64,000 nt of DNA from Octopus sinensis (Eukaryota). The stretch's first letter is position 1, and each line of letters starts with the position of its first letter. The position numbers were made by a program, and so were the translations under genes. This document shows positions 12,851 to 27,319 of the stretch, one piece after another. Below the pieces are notes generated by a model. The model had not been told where the DNA came from, made no database searches, and saw nothing but the letters and a program-made list of their open reading frames with translations. The stretch lies in contig NC_043004.1 in assembly GCF_006345805.1 (NCBI RefSeq), forward strand, positions 107,205,307 to 107,269,306. The letters are read 5' to 3'.

Positions 12851-13396
12851 TTGGGTTGTCCGGAAAGTTTGTGCCGATTTATAGTACCTTACCTTTCGAC
12901 TTATTTTAGAACATGGTTGAGTCCATAAAATAGGATTTGACTACCCCTCCATTTAGAGCACCGTTTAAGCTATCTTTGTGTGGAAGAAGGTTTATGTTCC
13001 TATAACCTGTGTTAATTTTGTAACCCTTTAAAATGGAAGATAAGAAAGTTCATCTTCGGCATTTGATGCTTTGGGAACCAGACAAAAATTGCTGCAGCTC
13101 AGCTGGGATGTGTTACTCTACCTTCCATATTCACCGGATATTGCTCCTTCGGATTTCCACTTATTCAGGTCTCTGCAGAATAGTCTTAATGGTAAAAATT
13201 TCAATTTCTTGGATGACATAAAAAGATACCTTGATGAATTCTTTGCCACCTCAGTTCTGGGAGGAGGGTATTTCCAAGTTAAAGGAAAGATGGAGACGCA
13301 TTGTGCAACAAAATGGTTCATATTTGGTTAATTAAAAATGTAATGACAAATATTTATTTCCTTTAAAAATCAGCACGAACTTTCCGGACAACCCAA
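12851..13396 (+). mobile_element. Internally deleted mariner element
   Basis: TIR ttgggttgtccggaaagtt / aactttccggacaacccaa flanked by TA inside (TA)n. ORF 13071-13331 has the mariner motif PYSPDIAPSDFHLFRSLQNSL. Confidence 0.92.
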
Positions 13397-16022
13397 TATA
13401 TATAAATATATATATATATAGTTCATATATATACATATATTCTTCTTGCAGTTTCTATCTACCAAATCCACTCACAGGGCTCTGGTTGGCTACACCAGAA
13501 GACACTTGCCCAAGATGCCACACAGTGTGACTAAACCTGGAACCACGTGATTGGGAAGCAAACTTCTTGCCACACAGCCACATCTGAATCATGTAGTGAA
13601 TGCATTGTTTTAGAAAAAGTCCATGTTACACTGAGTTTACAAATTTGCCATTTAGCAATCTGTAATATATAGGTCTGTTAAGCAATGCAAATAGTTCTGG
13701 ATCTGATAAACAATACTGAAGTACAACTGCAACAAGTCTATTAAATCACTTCACAATACTTTTTTTTTTTATGAAATTATAAATTCCACATTTCTTAAGA
13801 TTGCAATAATATTTAGAGAGAGATTGGTATCTAACTTAGTGATTAAGTTAATCCATTCTCAAATACCAGACCTATGCTTTAGTATTTAAAATGATAAGTT
13901 GAGGGACAAATTGTCTTCCAGGATAGAATACTATTCCATTATAAGTAGTGTTTCTCTGAAGGTTAGGTACATAACTAAGATAAGTACAAGTAAAGAGCTG
14001 AAAGATAGATTAGCCTACATCTACTTAATGGTTGACTGGCACAAGTGGTATCTAACAATGACAAAAAAAATATTACCTTTACTGCTACAATTCAAGTGCA
14101 TACTTCAAGTGTAACACCTCAAAAGAGCACCTGTACTTACTAAAATGAATGATTGATGTTGGAGTGTGGGTTCACTAATTAAGACACATGTCTCAGATTT
14201 TAAATAGTTTCCAATGATATGGAGAGCGAGAGTATGAACAATAGAGCAATTTGAAATATAATATTGCTGTTCAGACATACAGCTCTGAAAACTCAAAGGA
14301 CTGTAACTAACCACAGTTTCAAACAGCAGTTGTGAAAAACCAAAAATGAGTCAGAGGAAACTTGTTTGTAAACCATTCAGCCCTGGTGACAGCAGTAACC
14401 GAATTTTATACAAACAATTCTTTGTTTTCTTAAATGCAAGGACCATATCTTTGGAGTCTAATGCCCCGAATATGTCTAGAGTTGGTCTCATAACAAAGCC
14501 TATTAGCTGCACAGTCTCCATGTTGAACCCACCCATTATAAAAACTTCTTTGCTTCCTGCACCCACATTATGTTTATCTTTCAAAATGCTCTTCTACTTA
14601 TTACACGTAGACCTTAATTTCATGACACAACTCACTTCCGGTGAGAGAGAGAAAGAGAGAAAGTGTGCAAGTATGCATTTTCCTTCACTACACAAACTGT
14701 TGACAATTCTTGTCTAAAAGGGCCAACACAAACTACAAACAATGCCCTTCTCAAGAAACAACAATTAACAAAAAAGAAGATACTGTTTATTATAATAACA
14801 CATTGGTTAAAGTTCAACTTTAACCAATGTGTTATTATAATAAACAGACAGAATAACAATAAAGAACCTTATTCGTTATCAGAGCTGAAGGTCTTTTGAC
14901 AGCTTAGGAATTTGAATTCAAACTAACCTTTAAAATATTAGGGATCAATGAAATAACTTGTCATGGGGCAGACAGAATTTGCTGAGGCAGATTTTCTACA
15001 GCTGGACACCCTCCCTGTTGCTAAACCTCACCTGTCTCCATGCAAGGTAATATTTCCCCATGGCTAGACATGTTCATCCAAAAGACTGGAAACGAACAAC
15101 ATTACTAGTGTGATGGTGATGCTCATGTGTCTCCCCTTGTCTTGAAAAGAGTGCACACATCACATACATCACACACATCACACACATAGAACAGGTTTCT
15201 TTCAATTTCCATCTACCGAGTCTAGTTACATTTTGATTACACTTGCCCAAGATGCCATGCAGTGGAACTGAACCGGAGAACACATGTTTGAGAAGCAAAC
15301 TCTTAATCACACAACCATGCCAGTGCCTTTCAGCAGTTTTTCTGATTTTTTGGCAAGGTTGAATGATGAGGGCAAACTAGTGAGTATATACTGAAAGCAA
15401 AATTTGAATTCATGACCTTTGAATTAGTAGTCTAGCATCTTAACTATGAAGATGAAATTTATGTTCTCCTACTAAAAACATATGCACAAGAAATGCAACA
15501 ACTAATTAACAAATTGCTATTAAGTGCACCAGGTTACATAAAGCCTACAGTAGAGAAATGAAGATATTTAAGGGAAATAAACATATTTCAATTTTACTGC
15601 AAGATTAGAAAATAGGGCAGACTATGGGAGAAAAGTTTACCTGACTAGAAATTGACCATATCAAATTAGTAGACATAAGTGATGAAAATGGAGATTAATT
15701 GCTTAATCTCATCAAGATTAATTACCATCATCATCAAAAATGCTAATTTTGAACTAGAGATCTAATTGTCTAGTTAAATCTTTTGGAGGTACATCAGTAT
15801 CATCACATCAACAAACCAGGTAGTTAACAATTAAATTTTGTGTTTGAAAAATGTTTAATCAGCAATGTCTGCCAATGACTGTGAAGTAAGAAGTTTTCAC
15901 CCCAACCACATGGTGTTGAGTTCAGTGCTATTGTGTGGTACCTTAGGCAAATTTCTACGATAGCCTCAAGCCAATGAAAATCATGTAAGCGGACTGGATA
16001 GGCAGAAACTGAAAGAAGCCCG

Positions 16023-16059
<37 letters not shown>

Positions 16060-17689
16060 CATGCATGCATGTTGTTGTCTCTTCGCTTTTGACATCACAT
16101 GATATGCAAGCTTCATTTTCTGCCTACAATGGAACTATATATGGTCATGTGAAAAACATTATTTTGAGCATCCACATGCAGAAAATTTGCCTCAGCTGAT
16201 TCCGTCTGATCCATGCAAGCATGGAAAGTGGACGTTAAAACAATGATGATGATTCATAGGCATTAGATAAGTCTATGTGCATTCAAACTGCAGATACACA
16301 AGTGTGCATTGTAGCTAAGAAGGAAATTTATAACTTACATAGGCAAGTTTATACAGTGGATAAGTTACTGGTCCAGTAATAATGGATCTCTAACAATAAA
16401 CATTCAGTTATTTGATCAACTGAAATATCTACTCATTAAATTTAGTGTGCAAGTGGCTGGACATGACAGACATAAACAGCCTTAATATGAGTTACAAGCA
16501 GAACCAGCATAACAGTGTTACAAGGCTAGGCCTTCAAATTACAGATGCATTCTGTCCAACGGGCTTCCAACCCTATGTCACTCACAAGCATTGGTCAAGC
16601 CAAGACTATGGTAAAAGACATGGGACCAAGTTGCCACATCGTGAATTTAAACTAAAGGTCTTATATTTGCAAAGCAAACTTCTTAATCCATTCTCAACAT
16701 CATTTCACCATGCTATGTCCGTAACCATTCTTGTACTGGCAGGTTTAAAAGCAGATCACTCTTTGGACTATTCCTAAAGTTCCATAATCTGATGGCAAGA
16801 GAGAAAAACAGACCAGACTTGCTTATTTTGTATAAGATGTATTAAATGTTACATCATTATGACGATGATTATGATGGTGGTCATTTTCACTACTTATTAT
16901 TACTGGGAAGGCCATAAGGGTAGAGTCCTCAGGCACCTCTCATAGGGGTAGAGTCCTCAGGAATAAGAGTCAATAGGGTCTTATCAGAAGCAACCACCAT
17001 TGTAGATTCCCAAGCATGAGATTATAGATATTATCCAACCATCTCCTTTATGATCAACCCTTAGTTTTCCAACAGGTTGGCTTGGTTTGCAGAATCTGTC
17101 TCGTGATCCTTTCTCATAACATTCAAGAGCTACCCAAGAATCTTGGATATATTACACTTTCAGAGACAAACATATAGTTACTTTCAAAATCAACTCATTA
17201 AATATAGTTGTGTTTTAATTGCTCCAACTTATCAGTCATACTGAGATCTGCAGTTGACATTAATCATTAGAGTACCAGTTGATTATTCAAAGGTTTGGTG
17301 ATTTGTATAGAGATTGCTAAGACAGTTAACTAAGACCATCCAAGCCTGAATAGAGCAAGTTATTATCACTTGTGAATTTAGCTCAAGCCCGAAAGAATTC
17401 CAGAACTCCAAAACATAAGATGGCTCATCCAGAACAGACTTGGATTTAAACCTGCCAAAGCAAGCATTCACACCAGGTCTCCAGCTTGAAGATACCTTCC
17501 TACTTTTCTCCCACCACTCCTGAAAAGGATAGAAGTTGCACTTTCCTTCTATCTAAGTTTATATATATATATATTTATATAAATTTAAAATAATAAGGGT
17601 GAAAAATTGAATATTAATTTGATTAATATCAATTTAAAACCAGTGATCTAGCATATTAAAATCTGCAGGTTCAGAAAATTATATTACAT

Positions 17690-18075
17690 ACATATAAGAG
17701 GGATGACTACAACGTGGACAACCCTTATGCTAGAAGTAGATCCGCTATGGTCTTACCACTAAGAAAGGAATGTTCTCAAGATAATTTAGCGAATGCCAGA
17801 ACGTAAGCAAGCAAGACAAATGAAAAGAAACAAAATTATAGATTAATCATATACATGTTTCCCTATCAACAATTATGCAATTTTACTTAAGCAATTGTCT
17901 GTAGCTCTTCAGTATGATAGTGAAACATGTATATGATTAATCTATAATTTTGTTTGCTCACTTACGTTCTGGCATTTGCTAAATTTTTTTGAGAACATTC
18001 CTTTCTTAGTGGTAAGACCATAGTGGATCTACTTCTAGCATAAGGGTTGTCCACATAGTGGTCATCCCTCATATA

Positions 18076-18078
<3 letters not shown>
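17690..18078. mobile_element. Fold-back (MITE-like) element with about 150-170 bp inverted arms
   Basis: gagggatgac..acatgtttc is mirrored by gaaacatgt..gtcatccctc, with a short spacer and (TA)n flanks. Confidence 0.8.
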
Positions 18079-18122
<44 letters not shown>

Positions 18123-18332
18123 GTATACGAGCGAGTGGATAAACGAAAGATGGGCACTCAACAAATTTATTAGGAGTTACATGTATGGATCAAGACAGTT
18201 TGATTCAAATTTGTTGGTACTCTTGAGTTTGGCGGATGACTAGCATGACACTTGAAACTCAAGAATACCAACGAATCCATATATATATAAAATCATCATC
18301 GTTGTCCTTTTCCATACTTGCATAGGTCAGTC

Positions 18333-18628
18333 GTGGAGGCGCAAATAGCCCAGTGGTTAGGGCAGTGGACTCGCAGTTGGAAGATCGCGGTTTCGATTCC
18401 AAGACCAGGCGTTGTGTGCGTTTATTGAGCGAAAACACCTAAAAGCTCCACGAGGCTCCAGCGACCCCTGTTGTACTCTTTTGCCACAACTTTCTCTCAC
18501 TCTCTTTTCCTGTTTCTTGAGTAATGCTGTGATGGACTGGTGTCGCATCCAGCCGGGGGGAACACATATGTCACAGAAACCAGGAAACCAGTTCCATGAG
18601 CCTTGCTAGGCTTGAAAAGGGCAACGTT
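18333..18628 (+). mobile_element. tRNA-Arg-like SINE with V-domain-like core
   Basis: A box agcccagtggttagg, ctcgc loop, B box ggtttcgattcc. Later ctgtgatggactggtgtcgcatccag resembles the V-SINE core as I recall it. Confidence 0.7.
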
Positions 18629-19855
18629 TATCGTTATAGGTCAGTCAGAGTTTATTGAGGCAGATTTTCTATATTCAGACGTTCTTCCTGTAGCTAAACC
18701 TTACCAATTTCCAAGCAAGGTAATATTTCCCATGGCCATACATATTTTCACAATATTGGAAATGAATGACACTGCTTGCCATGAGAGTGATATTTCATTT
18801 GCAACTTTTATGCAATGTGAAAACAAGATCTGGGCTGGTCCGGGGCTATAGTTAAAAACACTTGTTCAAAGTGAATCCAAAACCATGGAACAGCAATTAC
18901 TATGCCATGCTATACATTTTTTTTTTTCCATACATAACTGAGTGGTATTTTTGTTATGAAGCAAAATATGGCAGGTTGTATGTACCATCCAAGCTCTCAG
19001 TGAACTTAGTTGGTGACCTAGTTTTGATTTCCATTTAAATCTACTTCGTTAAGGGTCTTCAACAAGACAACACACTTTACATAACTTCATTGTACAATGA
19101 CCCCTGATACTGAAACTCTCTTGGTGAGAGAGAAATATCTCACTGTATAGGACACCAATTGAGTTGGTCACAAGAAACAAAGAGATTAATTGTTAAAAAC
19201 CCAGACATTATGCAACCACTTTCACTCCTACTAGTGTACTTATTCCAGCCAATAATGCTACAACTATCACACCAGCCAGCATCAACACTTAACCACCATT
19301 ACCACTTCTATCAATATAAACTGCTAAAGCTAAACATCTAATATTGGTTTAAAATGTTGGCACAAGGCCAGCAATTTTGTTGGAAGGGTTAAATTGGTTA
19401 CATCGGTTAATTGGTTAAATTGGTTACAAAGGATGAAAGGCAAAGTCAACCTCGGGGGAATTTGAACTCAGAATATAAAGGTAGACGAAACAATGCTAAG
19501 CTTTTTGTCTAATGTGATAAAGATTCGGCCAGCTCACCACCTTAGCAACATATCTAACACTGGTTTTAAATTTTGATACAAAGCCAGTAATTACAGGGTA
19601 AGTGTGTAAGTCAATAAAATCAACCCCAGTGCTCAGCTGGTACTTATTTATCAACCCCCAAAGGACGAAAGTTAAAGTCAACCTCAGCAGAAATTGAATT
19701 CAGAATGTAAGGGTTGATGGAATGTTGCTAAGCATTTTGCCTGGCATGCTAACATTTCTGCCAGCTCACTGCCTTAGTTGCACAGCTAGTATTATAATTC
19801 CCCATCACTAATATTACATAATTTCTATCATTATTACTGCAATAAACATAGCCCC

Positions 19856-20082
19856 TAAGGCGGTGAGATGGCAGAATCGCTAGCACACCAGGCGAAATGC
19901 TTAGCAGTATTTCGTCTGCCGTTACATTCTGAGTTCAGATTCCGCCAAGGTCAACTTTGCCTTTCATTCTTTCGGGGTCAATTAAATAAGTACAAGTCAT
20001 GCACTAAGGTCGAAGTAATCCCTTTGTCTGTCCTTGTTTGTCTCCTCTATGTTTAGCCCCCTGTGGACAATAAAGAAATTAA
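19856..20082 (+). mobile_element. Family B SINE, full-length monomer
   Basis: aaggcggtgagatggcagaatcg..gcctttcattctttcggggtc..gtggacaataaagaaat. Confidence 0.8.
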
Positions 20083-20860
20083 TAAACGTAGCCCCTATTT
20101 AACCCTAAGCACAAAATCCCCCTACAGTAATGCTAAACAAACAAAACAACTATTGTGAACAGGAGAAAATACCCATACACATGGTTGTTTTGGTGCAACA
20201 TTCTGATGAATACAAAGAACAAATACATAGAACTATTTTGTAAAGGAAATTCTAAACATTTTCACAGAGCTTATTTTTGGTAAAACTTCCTTTACTCCTA
20301 CACTCCTATATGATTAGCAGTTCTTGAGAGAATATTTCTCAGAGACCAGCTTAAAAGTATCACAATGATGTGGTACACAACATCATTGTATATGCACATA
20401 TATGTATATATTTGCTTACACACACACACACACACACACACACTCATATACCATTAGCAGCAGCTTATATCCACTTTTCAGGGCAGTATTTCTTAGGTAG
20501 TGTTTGATGGGTGGATGCCCGTCCTGTCACAAACTCATTTAACCACCTCTTACAACATGCAGAGATGCAGTGTATTTGTATTCTAAAACCAGAATACAAA
20601 TAGCTTTTACACACACACACACACACATTTGCTCTTTAACAACAACTTTTCCATTCTTTCATGGATGAGAAGGAATTCACTGAGGCAGATTTTCTATGGC
20701 CAGATACCCTTCCTTTCACCAATCAAGATGATATTTCCCCATCACCAGAAATGTTTACATGGAAAATTAAAAACAAAAGGCACCACTTGTATGACAATGA
20801 CAATCATTCTACAACTCATCGACACAATGAGACACAGACACACACACATATGCATATCTA

Positions 20861-20898
<38 letters not shown>

Positions 20899-21099
20899 CT
20901 GAGGGAATATTATTCCAAACTTACAGGGAAAAATTTAATTTAGAAATACTAAATCAAATTTCACAAAATATAATATATATATATAAATTAGAAAAAAAAA
21001 CACCTTTTATCAATATGAAAAATGAAATCATACCATCAAGAAAATTACATATTATATAAAGATTAAATATAAGATAAAAGATAAAACATATAACGATGA

Positions 21100-21410
21100 T
21101 TAAGTAATATGCACCGTGACTGACCAGGCTATCAGATGTTGCTACACATCGCTGGTCACAATGCGCTTCGCATTGTTTTAGCCTTCAAATGACACCACCC
21201 TACTGGCTAAGCGAGCAGGCCATCAGAAGAAAGAATGAGAGAAAGGTCTGGCAAAAGAGTACAGCAGGGATCGCCACCACCCCTTGCCGGAGCCTCGTGT
21301 AGCTTTAGATGTTTTCGCTCAATAAACACAACGCCCAGTCTGGGAATCGAAATCGCAATCCTACGACAGCGAGTCCGCTGCCCTAACCACTAAGCCATTG
21401 CGCCTCCACA
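21100..21410 (-). mobile_element. tRNA-Arg-like SINE with an alternative 3' half
   Basis: Reverse-complement head gtggaggcgcaatggcttagtggttagggcagcggactcgc is shared with 18333; the 3' half differs. Confidence 0.75.
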
Positions 21411-21433
21411 CACACACACACATATATATATAT

Positions 21434-21830
21434 TACTCTTTACTCTTTTACTTGTTTCAGTCATTTGACTGCAGCCATGCTGGAGCACCACCTTTAGTCG
21501 AGCAAATCGACCCCGGGACTTATTCTTTGTAAGCCCAGTACTTATTCTATCGGTCTCTTTTGCCAAACTGCTAAGTGACGGGGACGTAAACACACCAGCA
21601 TCGGTTGTCAAGCAATGCTAGGGGGACAAACACAAACACACACACACATACATATATATATATACATATATACGACAGGCTTCTTTCAGTTTCCGTCTAC
21701 CAAATCCACTCACAAGGCATTGGTCGGCCCGGGGCTATAGCAGAAGACACTTGCCCAAGATGCCACGCAGTGGGACTGAACCCGGAACCATGTGGTTGGT
21801 TAGCAAGCTACTTACCACACGCTTCTTTAA
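21434..21830 (-). mobile_element. Family A SINE, near intact
   Basis: Close reverse-complement match to 63184-63567 and a direct match to 49880-50285. Confidence 0.88.
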
Positions 21831-22209
21831 GTTTCCGTCCACCCAATCCATTCACAAGGGCATGAAGCTATTGCAGAAGATATTTGTGCAAGTGTCATAG
21901 AGTCTTCCATGGCCAATGGAATTCAGGAAGTAAATGAATACTGAATGTGATCAGCAAACTGTTATTTCTACTATTTCAAAATGTCTTCACCCACAGAGAG
22001 AGGAAGAAACAAAGCCGTTACAAAGACTTAAATAGAAAGACGGTGGGAAGACACTATGAATGAAAGATATGGAAACCAAAAATAAAGAACAACACTGATA
22101 TACAGGAAAGAAGAGTTAGGGTTCAGGTGTTTTCAGTAAAGGCATTTAACATTATTTATCAATTGTTTTCCATATCAAAGTTATTATACAATCATTCTAT
22201 TTCAGCTAG

Positions 22210-22900
22210 CACACCCACCAATACCTATACACATTCTGGCAATCTATTGCTGCACAAGCCAATGCGGAGGCTTCTACATACACACACACTGGTAGCATCC
22301 AACTAAAAGCTAAATACCTCATGCCAGGACATGTATTGCTTTGGTGAACACAACCCTCAAAAATATCCTCCATTAGTGACACAACTTCACTTCTTTGAAT
22401 ACAAAAATCACAACCACTAGACAAAAAAGAAAAAGTCTTGCACCACACCCTTCTTATGCACATTAGCAACACGCAACTTAAGCCTACTCTGTCATTACAA
22501 ATGCTTAGCCACAGCATCTCCGATAAATTCTCATGGTGATCTCATACATATAACATTACCACAACTGCATCTCAAAGAATATGTTTCCTCTTCAGAGATT
22601 AGTTACTGATCCACTACAAACTTCAAGCATGACTCACATCAGTGCAACACATAGATGCAAATAACCTCTACTGCATCCAAAGGAAACTATCCAGTTAGTT
22701 CTCAAAGTTTCACCCACCACCATGCAATGAATCACTCACAAATGTAATGGTTCTTCTCCCTATATCCTTTATCCCTTCTACAACATCTTCTACACTTCTA
22801 ATCTAGCAAGCTATGTATCATCTCAGGCTCTCACATCAATTCTCACCAATCTTACTATTTCAATTCCCTGCACTAAACACTTCTCACTCCTTCTCCAGAA
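22210..22900 (+). mobile_element. Highly decayed CR1/L2-like LINE RT fragment
   Basis: C/A-rich strand. Residual reading ..IHNITTTASQRICFLFR resembles the CR1-group RT C-terminal region. Confidence 0.35.
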
Positions 22901-25900
22901 ATGCAAAACTGGAATTATTTCCACTAGAATTTTTGCAACAAATAATACGCAGACATGGCTGTGTGGTTTACAAACTTGCTTTCCAATCATGTGGTCTTCG
23001 GTTCAGTTCCACTGTACCACACCTTGGGCATGCAACTTCTACTCAACGCCCAGACTGACCAAAGCCTTGTGAGTGGATTGAGTAGATGGAAACTGCAAGA
23101 AGTCTATTGCGCGTGTGTGTCCTTGTCTAAACATCACATGATGGGTATAAATGTGTGTCATTGTCATACAAGTAAGGCTGTTCGCTTCCATCTTCAATGG
23201 AAACATGTCTAGCTTTGGGAAAATATTATCTTGGAAAACAGGTGAAGTATGGCATCAGGAAGGGAATCCAGCTGCAAAAAGTCTGCCTCCCAACAAATTC
23301 TGTCTGACACATTCAAGCAGGAAAAAGTGCATGGTAAATAAAGATGATGATATCAACCTACAGAAGTTCCCATTGAGCCCCGGCCACATTAATCTCACTG
23401 CTGTGTGTTTGTCTTTGTATGACAGCCTCTGATGAAATAATGAATACAAAACAAGGAGAAGGAAGCATCTACTTCTAAATCAAGTATGTGCACCTTTATA
23501 GAACCATTTGATCTGATAAAAATAGAAACCAAGTCACCATCAAGTCACATCCTACTGTTTTAACAAAGAACTCATAGGATAACATAGTCTTATCTACATT
23601 AGATCTGAAAAAAGGGTGGATGACCATAGTTGAGATGTCAGATCATAGATCTACTGGAACTGGATTTCAGAGTAGGCTTGGAACTCAACAACTATGCCAA
23701 AATAGAAATTGGTATCCTCATAATCAAATATAACTGCGTAGATATCACAACCAGAACTCCACTAGTACTGTCTTCTATTGATTTCTTAACTACTGCAAGA
23801 ACCACAAATAGAATATAACAACAGCAACCAGGACTAACCGCCAAATGACAAGCAAAATATTTTACCACTACTAATACTACTACAACTAGAAATACTATTG
23901 GCCCATCAGAGAGTCCTCTTTCAGCAGAAACCAGAAACAAAGCTACTTATAGACAAATCAATAGGATATCAGTACTAAATTATGTCTATGGCCAAGGAAC
24001 TTAACTCACAGCCACTCGAGATTTCAACTAAGTGTGTAATAAATAGATTAGTAAAAGACAAAATGGTTCACCATAGCAAGGAGCAGCACTCATTAATATC
24101 ATCGCCATCATTTTATGTCCACTTCCTAGCTGTAGTATCCACTACAAAGTCCAGTTCACCTCAGAGCTGAGACCCTGAGAACTATGCCAGCAGAGCGCAC
24201 CTTCTTGGTAGGGCCTACCATACTGGACAAGTAAAAGGACAGAAGCCAGATTATTATGGACCACCTCTTCCGAGAGGTAAAAATGGGTTTGCATAGGGCC
24301 AACTTACAGAAAAACAAAGTTACAGAAGCATCAATAACAATTCAAAACCAACAAATCCTGGAAGTGGAAGGCTTTTGTTCAGGGAAAACCAGCCCAAATT
24401 TGAGAACAGTTAGCAATGGCTGATAGACCATAGGGAGCAAAGGGTTTAAGTAAGTCCCATGCTAGCATAAGTTGAACTGGTTGCTGTGACAGTCAGAGTC
24501 GATTTTTATTGAAGATTATTGCTCTCCTAGATGGGTTGAATGACCACATTTTGCTCATATATTACACCACTATGATACTGATTTTTAACATAGACACAAG
24601 TCCTCAAATTTGGGAATATGCCAGTTAAATTAAATACACACACCTGTTCTTTTTTTTTTTTTTGTCACTTTTTTTTTATTATTGTGAAAGGATGAAAGGC
24701 AAAACACAATCTTACCAAGTTCTAAAGTCAGAACCAATATAGTCATAAAGGCATTTTATTTGATACCTTACTGTTTCTGTCTGATAGGTGCAGTTGTATC
24801 ATTAAGAAGCTTCCCAACAATGCGGTCTGGAGTTCAGCCCCAATGTGTCATCAACTCCATAACCTTGGGTCAATCAAAGCTTTATGAGTAATTCGTCACA
24901 TGTAAATGTGTGTGTGTGTGTGTGCCCTAACCTAACATCATGAGATGGTCATAAATGAACATCACCATCATACAGATGATGTCCATTTCCAACTGTCCAT
25001 TGAAAAATCATGTCTGACCATGGAGAAATATTAACTTGCTTGGAAACAGGTGAGGATTAGTAAGTAGCAAGAAGGGCAACCAGCTGCAGAAAATCTGCTT
25101 TGGCAAATTCTGTCTCACCCATGCAGTGGAAAAGTGGATACTAAATGATAATGAGGAGGGTTCATAAAACTACTTTAGAAAGCCCATCCAACCCATAATG
25201 CAGGAGAGGTGGATGTAAAATGATGATGATGGGTGTTCCAATTTGCTTGTAATGAAGTGTTCAAATCCTCCAGTACCAAAAATTAGAAGTTCTAACAATG
25301 TAGTCCTACTTTCATATGTATCACTTCCAGAGAGGTTTAAAACTAGCCTACGTGAAAGAAGGACATTAAATGATGATGATGATGATTACAACTACTAAGG
25401 TAGCATTTTTTCCAGCTCTTTACGTTTTGAGTTCAAAACCCGTCAAAGTCAAATTTGCTTCTCGTCCTTTTGAAGTCTATAAAATAAAGTACCAGTCAAG
25501 TACTGGAGTTGATGTAATCAACTTGCGTCCACTGCTCTCCTAAAAATTGCTGGCCATGGGCCAAAATTTGAAACCATTATTATTACAACCACTACCACTA
25601 CCAACAGGCTGCAACAACTAACCAACAGACAAGCTATATTTCTTCTCTACTAAAACAAACTCTCCTCCTCTGAACTAGCAAGCCACTACTACTACTAGTA
25701 ACACTACCACCTCTATGAGTACACCCACTACTAACAGCAACTATGAATATAAGCGATACAACAATCTGCCAAACAGAGGAATATCACCAACATATCAATC
25801 AGCCAAATGGTAGTTTGTAGAATAGAGCATGGTGGAATGGTAAATTGCATTCAGAACCTCTTCACTAATTAAATCTTTTTCTTTTATTATCTATTCATTT

Positions 25901-26370
25901 ATGTCGATCATTAATTTGTAACTAATTTGGTTACAAGCCAATGAGGGCGCCTTTACACAGCCATTCAATCTGCTAGATATGACAGAAAAATTTTCCTCAA
26001 ATCAAGTCTACTGACACCAAGAGAAGGAAGGATACATTAAATAATGTAGTCTTGGGTATACTATGCCAGAAAAAAGAACAAGACAGGATGATTGAGGTTG
26101 GAATGCCTGTGGTCATATGTCTTAATCAAGGCTGGCAACAACCAATTTACTAAATAATTCTAAAGGAATGATGGAATCTAAGTAACATAGGTCTGTCTTT
26201 GTGTAAAGTTACATCATCATCATCATTTTAACATGAAGAAAGGAGCAGACAAATCTGCTGTATTGCATATCACTGTCCCTAATTTTCTTACATGTCTATC
26301 TAGGAGTACAGATAAACAAATGGCATGAAACTTTCAAAATATCATATACCTTCAGAAGTATACAGACACA

Positions 26371-26417
<47 letters not shown>

Positions 26418-26724
26418 CAAAATGCACCCCCACCCCGTCCAATGGACGATGCTGAGTTGTCAAACATTTAAACCAAATTTTATCAAAACAACTTATCCGA
26501 CCGTCCCATAGGCCTCCCCTTTGAGAAACACTGATTTAACCTAAATTTGAGACACCAGCAAAAGAAGAAATAAAGATAGACTTTTTTTCTATTCCAAAGA
26601 AAAACGATTTTATTCACACAAATATGCAACCGAAGAGTTTAAAGTACCAGTAATGATAAGGCTGTAGACTGAGAGAACACAAATGATTTTTGTAATTTTT
26701 TCAAGATTTATATATGCCCTGATA

Positions 26725-26828
26725 CCATCGGTATCTACATATCAAATTTAAGCGCAATCAGATGGAGGATGCCCAAGATCCTAGAAGACACACACACAGA
26801 CAGACAACGGATTTTATATAATAGATAA
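26725..26828 (-). mobile_element. Possible Helitron/HINE-type non-autonomous 5' end
   Basis: The reverse complement begins atctattatataaaatccgttgtctgtctgtgtg, the layout of DINE-1/HINE-like 5' ends. No 3' hairpin seen. Confidence 0.35.
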
Positions 26829-27319
26829 ATAACAACCACGTGAGCATTTAAACAAACATTTGTTTTTTTAGAAATACATAATACGCACATGCTAGTTTGG
26901 TAAGTGCTAATGCACAAAACTCCCAGCCCTTGAATTATTATGTTGCTTTATTAATGACCTGTAGGGACACTGTATTTTGTTATGCAACCACAGTATACTA
27001 CAAGGTATATTAAATATTTTCTATCAGTCAATACTGTGTTGGCAGTGCTATTACATCACTTGATAACCTTAACAAACTATGTTACTTCTATTATATATTA
27101 AAATAATATATATATACATATACACACACACTCACTGTTAATTCTAGTTGGTGTAAACAGCCTCTGATCATAAAATACTCCCTTATAAAGCCAGATACCA
27201 GCATAGAAAAGCAAAGTGATGACATGTAAGCAATGCATGTACACTCATATACGTGTATATTACACATAAAATGTTTATGTGTGTATGCTTATACAGATTG
27301 ATGGACAGAGAGAGAGGTG

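Noticed and set aside
14346-14717. Opposite-strand ORFs of 123 and 77 aa
   Set aside because: No recognisable motif, splice context or relation to ROCK.
18333-18410. tRNA-like sequences here and at 21340-21410, 50381-50450 and 63184-63260
   Set aside because: They are SINE heads: no complete cloverleaf or terminator, and they continue into SINE bodies.
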